Positions 1 through 10,788 of a DNA stretch of 64,000 nucleotides are shown here, piece by piece (within the stretch, counting starts at the first letter, position 1; every line of letters begins with the position of its first letter). Origin of the DNA: Heteronotia binoei (lineage: Eukaryota); assembly GCF_032191835.1 (NCBI RefSeq), contig NC_083233.1, positions 9,858,001 through 9,922,000 on the forward strand. The letters run 5' to 3'. Under the pieces are notes generated by a model. It was given only the letters and a program-made list of their open reading frames with translations, had not been told where the DNA came from and searched no databases. The position numbers and the translations under genes are program-made.

Positions 1-2900
1 CAAGAAATCTTAAATGTCATAAATAATTTTAAAAATGGGAAATCACCAGGTCTGGATGGTGTCAGACATTGGAGAACATTGCTATGATGCTATACTGAAT
101 GTACTATATAACCTGCCTCTTGACATGACTAACTCCATTTTGAATTCTAATTACTAACCATGTAGCAGAGGCCTTGCATATCAAACGGCCTCAGAGATGT
201 TACTAACCCCCGCTGGGAATTTCCTTGCATAGCACTAACAAAAGCAACAGTCTTTTGAAGATAGCAGGCCTCAAGGAGAACCAGCAGGGCTCCTCCGTGT
301 GAAGAGGAGTCACAAGTGATAAGATGTGGGGAAAGTGTTACTTGTAGCCTAGAAGTGTGAGAAAGCTCTATTGTTTAGAATTGCTTTGATGTAATGGTTT
401 AAAACTGTATGCCTGTGAACAGAATGTATCAGTTTCAATGACTGCCTAGCCAGAACTTTGAGATATCAAATAAACGCCTTAACTTTTGCAACAAATGGAG
501 GTCCGTTTACTTTGAAAATTCCAACGTCTGACAGATGGATTTACAGCAGAATTTTATAAAATGGTGGGAGATTTGATAGTTCCGGAATTACAAAGGTTAT
601 GTAATAAAATTTTGAATAAAGGGAAAGCTCTGAACTCTTGGAGGAGGATAGAAATTATCACAATAGCAAAACAACAGAGAGATCCTGAGGATCCTAATTC
701 ATATAGAACAATAAGCTTGGCAAATCAGGATTATAAAATTTTTGCAAAGGTCTTAGCAAATAGATTGAAGAAGCTATTACCAAGTCTAGTAGGAGAAGAT
801 CAGTATGGTTTTGTGAAACGAAGGTATATAGGTCACCCTATAAGTAATGTGATCAATGCTTTATATCATGGAAATAATAATAAGATTGCTCTTTTGAAAT
901 TGGATGTATATAAGGCATTTGATACATTAAATCATGAATGCTTGTTCCAAGTATTACATAAATTTAGTTTTGAAGGACCTTTTGCAAATGCAATAAATGA
1001 AATTTATAAAGAAGGGAGAGCAGTGATTAAAATAAATGATGGACATACTGGGGAAGTATTGATACTGAGAGTAGTTAAGCAAGGGTGTCCTTTATCCCCA
1101 ATGCTATTTGTTATAGCTATGGAACCCTTGGCAGACAGAATTAGAAATAGTATTAGAATACAGGGATTATAAAGTAGGAAACAAGGAAATTAAATTGAAT
1201 TTATTTGCAGACGATATATTATTGGTCTTAGGGAATCCTCTAGAAGTGCTGAAAGAATTAGTAATAGTTTAGAAGACTTTAAAGCACGTTCAGGTTTGGA
1301 AGTAAATAATAAGTCAGAAATAATGTTTAGCAAGAAAGATTTAAAGGAACAAAAAGAAATAGCAAAGTTAACAGGTATGAAATTAGGAAATAAGAAATTG
1401 AAATATTTGGGAGTAATAATAAAAAAAATGTTAAGAATTTGATGGGGATAAATTATAAGATAATATGGAAGAAGCTACCAAAAAATTTAAATCAATGGAA
1501 TAAGTATTTGAGTATACTAGGGAAGATTAGGACACTTAAAATGTTTATAATACCTAAGATGATGTATTTGTTAAATACCAAAATAGATATTTAAGAAACA
1601 GTTAGCAATGTGGGATAAGGCATTATAAATTGGGTTTTTGGAAAAAAACAAGCTAGACTATCAACGGAAGTGATATATTTGTCAAAGGAAAATTTAGGAT
1701 GGGGTATGCCACAGTTGGAAGGATATTATGAAGCCTTTCAAATAAAAATGTTGTTGGAATTGGATGGTAAAAGTAAGGATAAATGGGTCTGATGTTAAGA
1801 TTGTATATATAGAGGAGTAGGCAGATTTGGAATATTTGCACAAAGATTAAAAAGGAGATTGAGGCCCAAGAGAGTCAGCATTAAAAATATGGGGGGTGAG
1901 GGGGAGAAAGCAGGTTAAGTGCATGCCTCCACTTTCAAAGTGGGCACCACTTGAATCACTGAATGAGGAATTTAAAAATTTTGAGGCAACTTTTTTGAAA
2001 GAGCTAAAGGGAAAGGACCTATGGAAAGTGAAAGATATGTATAATGCTCAAGGGAGTTTAATTTTGATGCAAGATGTATTGGGAAGCATGGAAGGACAAT
2101 ATTGGTTAAGGGTTATTAGTTTATATAATATTTTGAAACAAAGGAAGTACTCTGGAATATTAAATGAGGTGGACACCCCGATGGAAGAACTGTATGGAAT
2201 TAAAGAAGATAATAAAAACGGCATTGCAAGAAAGATATATAGCATATAGACTGAAGATAAAAACTATATGATTGGTATAATACAGTCAAAATGGGAGAAA
2301 GTCGTAACGTTATCAGAAAACGAGATAAAGAAAATAATGAGAGGTATTAGTGATATAAAACTGGAGAAATTTAGAGAAATGGAAATGAAATTAATTTTTA
2401 AATGGTATAGGACACTGCTCAACTATCTTATATGATCAAGGGAATGACATCCGATTGTTGGCTTTGTAAAAAGAAAAAGGGATATTATGCACATCTTTGG
2501 TGGGAGTGTTCTAAGGTGACTAAATTTTGGCAAAAGATCTTGGAAAAGGTGGAGGAAGTATGTAAGGTTAAAGTGGAGTTATCAGGGAAAATGTTATTTA
2601 TGGGGATTTTGGGGAACTATAAAATAGATAAATCCTATCAGGATTTATAGTATTTAAAGCTATGATTTTAGCCATCCATGCGGTTATAGCATTTGGCTGG
2701 GAAAATGCTACCAAATGGACTATAGACAGATGGAATGGTTATTTATATGAATGGGTACAGTTGGACATATTAACATTAATACAGGAAAAGCTAGGTGAGG
2801 ATAAGATTGTGGAAGTTAAGAAGAGGTGGTTTGAGTATATAAGATTCGTAAAAGCAGTGGGGGGGGGCAATAATGATATATTGGTTAAACTCCAAAATGT
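1..2900 (+). mobile_element. Degenerate L1-clade LINE, ORF2 (RT through C-terminal CCHC knuckle), frameshifted and 5' truncated by the window edge
   Basis: KSPGLDG/DGFTAEFYK motif at 41-560. RT ORF 561-1172 (YRTISLANQDYKI, KLDVYKAFD, KQGCPLSP). FADD at ~1201-1215 in a shifted frame. CWLC..HLWWEC knuckle at 2432-2650. Confidence 0.9.
60..533 (+). mobile_element. Solo LTR inserted in L1 ORF2
   Basis: Ends TGTCAGACATTGGA...TCCAACGTCTGACA (13/14 inverted match). 5-bp TSD GATGG at 55-59 and 534-538. AATAAA at 469-474. Removing it restores the L1 PG.DGFTAEFY motif. Confidence 0.85.
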
Positions 2901-4960
2901 CAAGCATGGTAGAATTCCACTGGTAATTAATTGCTTTAGGGTCCCCCATAAAGCTGGTCTGTGAAATATCAGGGGGACCAAGGTATGTTGGCAAGAAGTA
3001 TTAGAAAATTTTGCACGCAGCAGAAGAGCTGAAGGAGAGGGACAGGCAAAAACACAGGAATTAATAGACAAGAGAAACAACTGTATCCAATGGTAGATAT
3101 ATTTACCAGGATAGTATCCAATATTCAGAGTCGTTGCCAGGCCAAGGTCATACACAGTAATCAGTACACACTTCAGTAGATAACAGTATACAGCAGTAAG
3201 TATACACAGCACGATCCAAGCACAGTAGCATAGGATCCAACACCAGCAGTGTTTGCTGCCACCCGGACAGTGAGGCTCACAGTACCCACAATCCTTACAG
3301 GCAGACTGAGCAGGCTCACTGAGCTTCCCTAAGTACATGTACCAATCATGCAATCTCATCAGAATGTTGCATCAGCTTTGTGAGTCAGCACAAAGCCTAA
3401 TTACAGGTGAGGTCATTCCACCTTACCTCAGTAACAGGTAACAGCTGGATCATGATGCAGCATGACTCAGCATGACATTGCAGAAACAACATTACTATTA
3501 CTAAGATGGAGTCAGTCAGCCATTTTAGGACTGAGTTCCAGCAAGAAGTACTGGACAAAGAGCCAACGGACAAGGAAGGAAGACAGTTCCTCTGGTAGGA
3601 GCAGCACTACATCTTCTAGAGCAGAGACAGAGGACTTAGAAGAGAAGGCTGCGTGAGAATACCAAAAATTAAAGATACTTTTCAGAAGGGTTATGAGCAG
3701 ACATTCACAGATGAAATGAAATTTCCATAATAGAAAAAAGGAAACATTGGAAGAAAGGAGAGGTCTTTATTTTCTCTCAGAGACTTTGATGGAAAACTAT
3801 TCATAGGGAGTTTCTGTCCTGAGGAATTGCAGGAGATTACTGCTCAAAAAGACAGGATGTGCTGGTTTCAGAAAATTATAGTTACTTGATCTGAGAAGAA
3901 AAAGAAGCCACCTCCGCTGAGCAGCTGGGGGGCTGCTGAAAACACCGTGGAGCATTATGGGAAATGGAGGCTTTTACATCACACTCCCGAGGAAGGCCTC
4001 TGCCAGTGTCTTCCCACAAAATGCCAACACCTCCCTCAGAATACAACTAGTTTGGGATAATGGGAAGGAGAACTGGCTGATAATCGGTACCCACACAGGT
4101 GGCGCATGTTCACGAAACCGACAGTCTCACCCCCGAGAGCAGGAAGCCTGCTTTCCAGTAGCAGGGCACAACCCTCCTCCCTTTCACAGCTGCCTGCCTG
4201 CCTTTTCCCAGCACCGCCTGCTGCTTCCAGCCTGGGAACCTTCCCTCTCGCGTATCACTTGCATTGGGGGGCAACTTCCAAGCTGCTCATAAAGTTCTGG
4301 GACTTTCTGGAGACTCTCAGTCATTATTGAGCAGAAGCAGGATACGGGGAGTGGGAGAGCACTTTCAGAGTGCAAAGTCCTTCACAACTGCAGCCATCCA
4401 GACAACAGCCCTGCTAACGTATACCTGCTGATTGTGATGCTCTTCGATGGGACTAAACTTGATCTTTTTTAGATCACCTCCTCCCTTTCTCCTAGGCTGA
4501 AACTGACCCCAAAAGGCTTAGCACGTGAATCACGCCAACCCTCGACTCCTTCTCACCACCAGCCACATACAATTTCCTTTATCGTCTTTCATCACAGATC
4601 TGCCTGATTGAAATGGGCTGGGACCCACCAAAGATCAGACTGAAATCCAGGTGGTCAGTCTTGAAGGTGTCTCCAGATTTCTGCCCCCCATCAGTCCGCC
4701 CCCCAAAGCACTCCTTGTGCAGAGAGCCTCGGGGAGCCTCAGCACCAGCCAGGGGTGGGGGGTCACCGTACTCAGCCATTCTGTTGGTTCTCCCTCCCCT
4801 CCCTCCCTGCCCACCATTCTACAGGAGCCTGAAGTGTCTCCTCACCTGCCGGTTGCTGCTGAGGCTCTGGTTGTAGCAGAGGGGCAACCTTGGCCCGCCC
4901 AAACACAGCCCGCAGGCGTTGGAGGCTACAAGAGAGCAGAAGGAAAAGGAGGAGTGGGAC

Positions 4961-5085
4961 TAGGGTGGCCATAATGTCTGAAGGTCAGCCAGGGAAACCT
5001 TGGGGGGGGGAAGGTAGGGGTGTGCGCGCGCGAAGCCGCCGGAAACAGGAAGTGACGTCACTTCCGGTGATGTCATGCCACCCTA
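4961..5085 (-). mobile_element. Terminal fragment of a TAGGGTGRCCA-type hAT-like non-autonomous element
   Basis: Reverse complement of the right end of the 43765-47654 element (tagggtggccataatgtctgaagg...; aggaagtgacgtcacttcc motif). No TSD found. Confidence 0.6.
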
Positions 5086-5086
5086 G

Positions 5087-5191
5087 TAAATATAAATGAC
5101 ATTTTATATAAATATATAAATATAATTATATATAAAATTATATATATTTATATATATATATATATAATTATATAAATATAAATGACATTTT
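5087..5191. repeat. AT-rich (TA)n low-complexity tract bounded by a direct repeat
   Basis: taaatataaatgacatttt occurs at both ends with a TA-rich interior. Confidence 0.7.
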
Positions 5192-5283
5192 CTCAATCAA
5201 ACATGATACCAAAAATAATTTGCTGAATGATACCAAGCCCGTTTGCTGAAACTCTAAGGAAAAACGTAACTCCAATATTTCAA

Positions 5284-5545
5284 GAGGCTGTGGCTCAGTG
5301 GAATAGCTTCTGTTTGGCAAGCTGAAGGTCCAGGTTTATTCCATGACCTTTCCAGTTTAAAAGGACTAATCAGGAGATGATGTGAAAGACCTCTACTTGA
5401 GAACCTAGTGAGCCATAGAAATGCGTCATGGCTCAGTGGCAGAGCATCTGCCTAGCATCCAGAAGGTCCCTGGTTCAATCCCTGCCATCTCCAATTAAGA
5501 AGGATCAGATAGGAGTGATGTGAAAGCCTGAGACCCTGGAGACCC
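5284..5545 (+). mobile_element. Two adjacent diverged tRNA-derived SINEs (family B)
   Basis: Two A-box (tggctcagtgg) / B-box-like heads, each followed by gatgtgaaag...gagaccctggag body sequence. Confidence 0.7.
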
Positions 5546-6693
5546 ACTATTGTCTATACATCAGTTGTAATTCCAAGAGATCCCCAGCCCTCCCCTGGAA
5601 GTTGGTAGGGAAGGAGCCTGGTAAAGTGAGAACCCCTGCTGGGACCTGGGGATTGGCAAGCCCAGGTATAAGCTTTGTCAAAGGCCCCTCTCAGCTACCA
5701 GTCCTCCATTTGCTAATAATTCTGACCTATCTTACAAGGCTGTTGTAAGAATTACCATATTAATATAAGTGAATCATTTTGCATGAAGATCTATACAAAC
5801 CCTAAGCAATACCATTATTATTAATAACAGGGTCATTGAATTGAAACCAATTAAAAGGCCAAGCAATTAATTCACTCAAAATCTTTAATCAGTGGATAGC
5901 TCAACATTTGACTGTTCATTATTATCCTATGGTTTCATTAAAATCTCATCTGCTTGTGTAGCAAGGGCTGATATTAACATTTCCTCCGTAGACACGGTTT
6001 CTGGTCCATCAGGGACAAATGCCAAGCAGCTAAATTGAAGACTGATGTGGATGAATGGAGAATGAAGCACACACTCAAACATGGCCATCCTTCTAAAGGA
6101 TGCATATCTCCAATGCAGTATTCTGAAATTATCTCCACTATTTTATGATCAATGGAGGTGTTGTTCTGCCTGCTCTCCCGCCCCCATTCAGCCTTAAAGA
6201 CACAGACACACCATCCCAAGAGGAAGCCTTTCCAAGTGGAGTCTGAAGCCTCTGGAGGTAGAAAGGCACATGGTGGCTGTGGGGGCGGGGCTTCCCCCCA
6301 CCAACCAGCTGACTGGGAGCGGGAAGGAGCCTGGGAAAGCGGGAGAACCCATGCTGGGACCTGGGGATTGGCAAGCCTAGGTATAAGCTTTGTCAAATGC
6401 CTCTCTCAGCTCCCTTAGTCCAATGCCACTCTCAAAATCCTATGCTTCTAAATTTACATTCTCTAAGATCCTACTGGACTTGAATCTAGCTGTTCTACAC
6501 TTCACCCCCTAGTCTGTAAAAGGCAACACCCCCTCAGAGTCAATTCACACCCCCTCAAGTCAATTCATAGGTTTTAAAAGCTTCTTTCAAGACACAGTAA
6601 AGGAATAAAGAGAAATCTGTGCTTTGCAGAATGTGGATAAAGACAAGATTGGGGGGAAGTAAATGACCCCATCAGAACAGGTGTGCCACAACT

Positions 6694-6982
6694 AAGAAGA
6701 AGAAGAAGAAGAATATATTGGATTTATATCCCGCCCTCCACTCCGAAGAGTCTCAGAACGGCTCACAATCTCCTTTACCTTCCCCACCCCCCACAACACA
6801 CCCTGTGAGGTGGGTGGGGGTGGAGAGGGCTCTCACAGCAGCTGCCCTTTCAAGGACAACCTCTGCCAGAGCTATGGCTGACCCAAGGCCATTCCAGCAG
6901 GTGCAAGTGGAGGAGTGGGGAATCAAACCCGGTTCTCCCAGATAAGAGTCCACACACTTAACCACTACACCAAACTGGCTCT
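6694..6982 (-). mobile_element. tRNA-derived SINE family A, single 3' module
   Basis: Minus strand reads gagccagtttggtgtagtggtt (A box)...ggtttgattcc (B box)...gggatataaatccaat plus a (TCT)n tail. Confidence 0.9.
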
Positions 6983-7083
6983 AAGGATATATTGGTGGAG
7001 TAATCTAAATATTAGGCTCAAATCTATAAGGACCAGGAGGTCCAATTACTCTGGGCAGTCAGCTGGCCCCTCTCGGTCATAAT

Positions 7084-7265
7084 TAGGGTTGCCAACTCTG
7101 GATTGGTAAATCCTGGAGATTGGGGGGTGGAGCCTGGGTATAGCGCAGTTAAGGGAAGTAAGGCACCTCAACAAGGTGTGATGCCCTGAAGTCCACCCTC
7201 CAAACAAGCTGATGAGTTGCAATTCTTTGAGATCCCTAGGCCCCACCTGAACGCTGGCAACCCTA
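7084..7265. mobile_element. hAT-like MITE (TAGGGTTGCCA TIRs)
   Basis: tagggttgcca...tggcaacccta termini. Flanks only loosely similar, so the TSD is uncertain. Confidence 0.7.
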
Positions 7266-7356
7266 GCTCATGATTGAGGCCAAGTATAACATTTGGACAT
7301 GAATTCCATTCCAGCTCAGCAACTTTTGTTTAGCATCCTTTGAAACTCTTCTATTG

Positions 7357-8163
7357 GAGAGCCAGTTTGGTGTAGTGGTTAAGTGTGTGGACTCTTAACT
7401 GGGAGAACCGGGTTTGATTCCCCACTCCTCCCCTTGCACCTGCTGGCATGGCCTTGGGTCAGCCATAGCTCTGGCAGAGGTTGTCCTTGAAAGGGCAGCT
7501 GCTGGGAGAGCCCTCTCAGACCCACCCACCTCACATGGTGTCTGTTGTGGGGGCGGGGAGGTAAAGGAGATTGTGAGCCGCTCTGAGACTCTTTGGAGTG
7601 GAGGGCGGGATATAAATCCAATATCTTCATCTACCTCACAGGGTGTCTGTTGTGGTGGGGGGAAGGTAAAGGAGATTGTGAGCCGCTCTGAGACTCTTTG
7701 GAGTGGAGGGCGGGATATAAATCCAATATCTTCATCTACCTCACAGGGTGCCTGTTGTGGGGGAGGAAGGGAAAGGAGATTGTGAGCTGCTCTGAGACTC
7801 TTCGGAGTGGAGGGAGGGATATAAATCCAATATCTTCATCTACCTCACAGGGTGTCTGTTGTGGGGGAGGAAGGTAAAGGAGATTGTGAGCCGCTCTGAG
7901 ACTCTTCGGAGTGGAGGGTGGGATATAAATCCAATATCTTCATCTACCTCACAGGGTGTCTGTTGTGGGGGAGGAAGGTAAAGGAGATTGTGAGCTGCTC
8001 TGAGACTCTTTGGAGTGGAGGGCGGGATATAAATCCAATATCTTCATCTACCTCACAGGGTGTCTGTTGTGGGGGAGGAAGGGAAAGGAGATTGTGAGCC
8101 GCTCTGAGACTCTTCAGAGTGGAGGGCGGGATATAAATCCAATATCTTCTTCTTCTTCTTCTT
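7357..8163 (+). mobile_element. tRNA-derived SINE family A with six tandem 104-bp 3' modules
   Basis: Pol III head at 7357-7430. gggatataaatccaatatc recurs at 104-105 bp spacing (7621, 7726, 7830, 7934, 8038, 8142). (TCT)n tail. Confidence 0.92.
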
Positions 8164-8806
8164 GAAGTATGGCAGCCTGCTGCTATTGAGTGTCTGGGGA
8201 GCATTCTTGGTTCTGAAAGTTCCCATTTCTGTTGCCTGGTTCACGTCCATTTATCCTTAATTTAGTGCTAGGAGAAGTTGGGGGCAGTAAAAGAGGTAGA
8301 TTAACTCTATACAGGAAGCCACCACCTGCTGCTTGCAAGTCCTGAGCATGTCTGTGTGTGTAACCGTGTGCACATGAATCTTGAGACAACTTCCAGGGGG
8401 TCTACTTTAGTAACGTAATGTCATACAGCACTTTAAAGATGAAGGGATTTATTGTGACAGAATAATCCATTTCTTGGTTTATAGGGTTGCCAACTCTGGG
8501 TTGGGAAATTTCTGAAAATTTGGGGAATGGAGCCAGGAAAAGACCAGGTTTGGGGAGGGGGAGGGACCTCACAGCTGGGTATAATACCACAAAGAGCCTA
8601 AAGGCAGCCATTTTCTCCAAGGTAACTGATCTCCATCACCTGAAGATAATCCCAGGAGATCTCCAGGCCCCACCTGGAGGTATATGATGTCGTAAAACTC
8701 TGTTGTGCTGTTCCGTGCTCCACAACCTTCCCCTCAACACTTCTCTGTTTTTTATTGCTGTGTAGAGGATGAAATTCTGGAAACAGAAAACTGCATCAAA
8801 CGAATA

Positions 8807-9074
8807 TGTTGTGTACTGCATTTTGGTCCCTGAATTTCCAACACAGCGTTGCCTCGTGTGTGCAAGGGAACCTTGGGAGACCGCAGGGAAGGACTTAACC
8901 GCCTATTAGAACTGTGGCGCGGTCATTAAACGTTCAGGATTGGACTGGAATTGGGAAGGGGTTGTTCCGGGTGCATGCATATAAGCGGGGACCCGCCCCC
9001 ACTATGTTGTCTTGTTGTGTGGATGTTAATAAAGTATGATTGCTGTTGAACGTCTCCGTACCCAGTACTTTACA
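8807..9074 (+). mobile_element. Solo LTR (268 bp)
   Basis: TGTTGTGTACTG...CAGTACTTTACA termini. Perfect 5-bp TSD GAATA (8802-8806, 9075-9079). TATAAG then AATAAA in U3-R order. Confidence 0.75.
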
Positions 9075-9242
9075 GAATATGAACAAGAGGCAGCATAACC
9101 CTGCATTGATAATGAAACCAAAACGACAGGTTGCCAGATGTCCACTTTTCAGAGGACATGTCCTCTTTTTTGTCTGTCTGTCCTCTTTTGGGCTCTTTCA
9201 AAACAACTGATGAATCATGAAAACCTCCTTTTGGGGGGTTGG

Positions 9243-9646
9243 TGTCAGGAGGACCTCAAATCAAGGAATAACACAGTCCAATAATTCAGCAGTTTATTCC
9301 ATAAGCATCATAAGGCAGTACACCATCTTTGCTAAGACTGATGTCTTAGCCCAGGAACTCTCCTTTTAACCCCTCGCCCCAACCGTTACATTTCAAGTGC
9401 AAGCACGGCAAAGCAAAACGGAAACCAGGTTTTGGTGGGACCCCCTCCCACCCCCAGTTTTAGAGCCCAGGTATCAAATCTATATTTCCCTAGTGTCTGA
9501 CCTTGAAGTCGGTGGAAACAGCTTGGCTAATAAGTTCCCAAGATAAGCATAGGGGGGGGGGGGGATGAGCAAAGCAAGAATGCACCCAGGCAAAATGGTT
9601 ATAGCAAAAAATATGGCAAGAAGGAATACAGAGATGACTCTTGACA
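9243..9646 (-). mobile_element. Solo LTR (404 bp)
   Basis: TGTCAGGAG...CTCTTGACA termini (8/9 inverted match). Flanks GTTGG/GATGG (4/5 TSD). AATAAA on the minus strand near 9293. Confidence 0.65.
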
Positions 9647-9799
9647 GATGGAAAGTTATGAATGTTCTTAGGTCGTCGTACTAGCAATTATCACAGTAGG
9701 AGTATTGAAAATGATATTTGTTATGGAGATTTCTTTTTAGAAGCAGTCAGACGGAAAACATGTCTTCTTTTGCTTTGCAAAATATAGTAACCCTATCAT

Positions 9800-10200
9800 A
9801 CTTGTTCGGGAGGGGAGAGCGCGGGGAACGCCAGGCGGAACTCAAGCGCGAGGGCATCTCAAGCCAGAGGAAGGCAAACAGTGCGACGCTGCTGTCGAGC
9901 GGGAGCCATGGCAACGGCAGCGGCCTACGAACGAGGCTGAGGTGGGTCCGGCCTGTTTTGGAAGTTATGTCGGGCGAGAAGCTCGCACGTTGGGTTCGTT
10001 GTAAGTATTTGCGCTGCGCCTCCATGGGCTTGACGATGCCGGGTGTTCCTCTCGCTGGTTCTTTAGAAGGAAAAAGGCGCTTCCTTCTTTGGAATGTCTT
10101 TTAGCTTTTCCTTTCTCTGTTAATGATGCAGCCTTCCTTTTAAGCTGGCAGCCGACCGGGGCGCGTCCCGTAGCCATATGCACCGGGGAGATGTTTCAGC
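9800..10200 (+). promoter_or_regulatory. CpG-rich promoter and probable non-coding exon 1 of the C8orf48-like gene (donor after 9941)
   Basis: Dense CpG/GC segment outside any recognisable repeat. Donor GAG|GTGGGT at 9941/9942. It is the nearest CpG island upstream of the first coding exon. The splice link to 17074 is inferred. Confidence 0.55.
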
Positions 10201-10249
10201 TACTCGTTCTGTGCTAGGCTTCAGTTTTAATGCAACAAATCCCGGAGCA

Positions 10250-10470
10250 GCAGGACAAAGTCTGAGTCCAGGGGCGCCTCTAAGACCAGCAAAGTTTTAA
10301 TCTGGGTATAAGCTTCTAGGGGCATGCGCAGAAGCGTGTATGCGCCCATAATCTTATACCCAGAATTAAACTTTGAGTCCAGGGGCTTGAAGGTGACCCT
10401 GGACTCAAGCTTTCTTCTGTTGCTTTAGACCAACTCGGCCAAACCACCAGAGTCTATCTTCCAGAGCAAT
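10250..10470. mobile_element. Degenerate Penelope-like element remnant with inverted pLTR halves
   Basis: gagtccaggggcgcctctaagaccagcaaagtttt...tatacccagaattaaactttg...ctggactcaa. Same architecture as 42590-42778. Confidence 0.55.
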
Positions 10471-10788
10471 AGGTCATTCCTTTGTAGGTGTATTCTTCAG
10501 TGGGATTAGGCTGGAGTGACTTTGCACCAGTAAATAGATGTTTTTAGAAACAAGGTGGGGCGAGGTTGCAAATAAGGCATTTCAGTGGGCAGCTTTCGGT
10601 TGTTTTGTAGTGGTAATCTGCAGCTGGAGTAGGTTTTCCATTTGGCTCAACAAGTGAGTGTGTTTAGAATCCAGACCAGTTGGCTTACCTATTAATTTTT
10701 TTTTCAACAACTTGAAAGCTTGATGACAGATCTGTCACTGTTTGGGTTTCCTAACAAAAGGTATAACACTTTTTTGAATGTTCTAGTA

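Noticed and set aside
2739-3359. 206-aa Cys/hydrophobic minus-strand ORF
   Set aside because: It overlaps the antisense L1 end and low-complexity, repeat-like sequence. No splice signals or recognisable family.
7357-7430. tRNA-like heads here and in the other SINE copies
   Set aside because: They have A and B boxes but no complete cloverleaf, and each is fused to a SINE body. Not tRNA genes.
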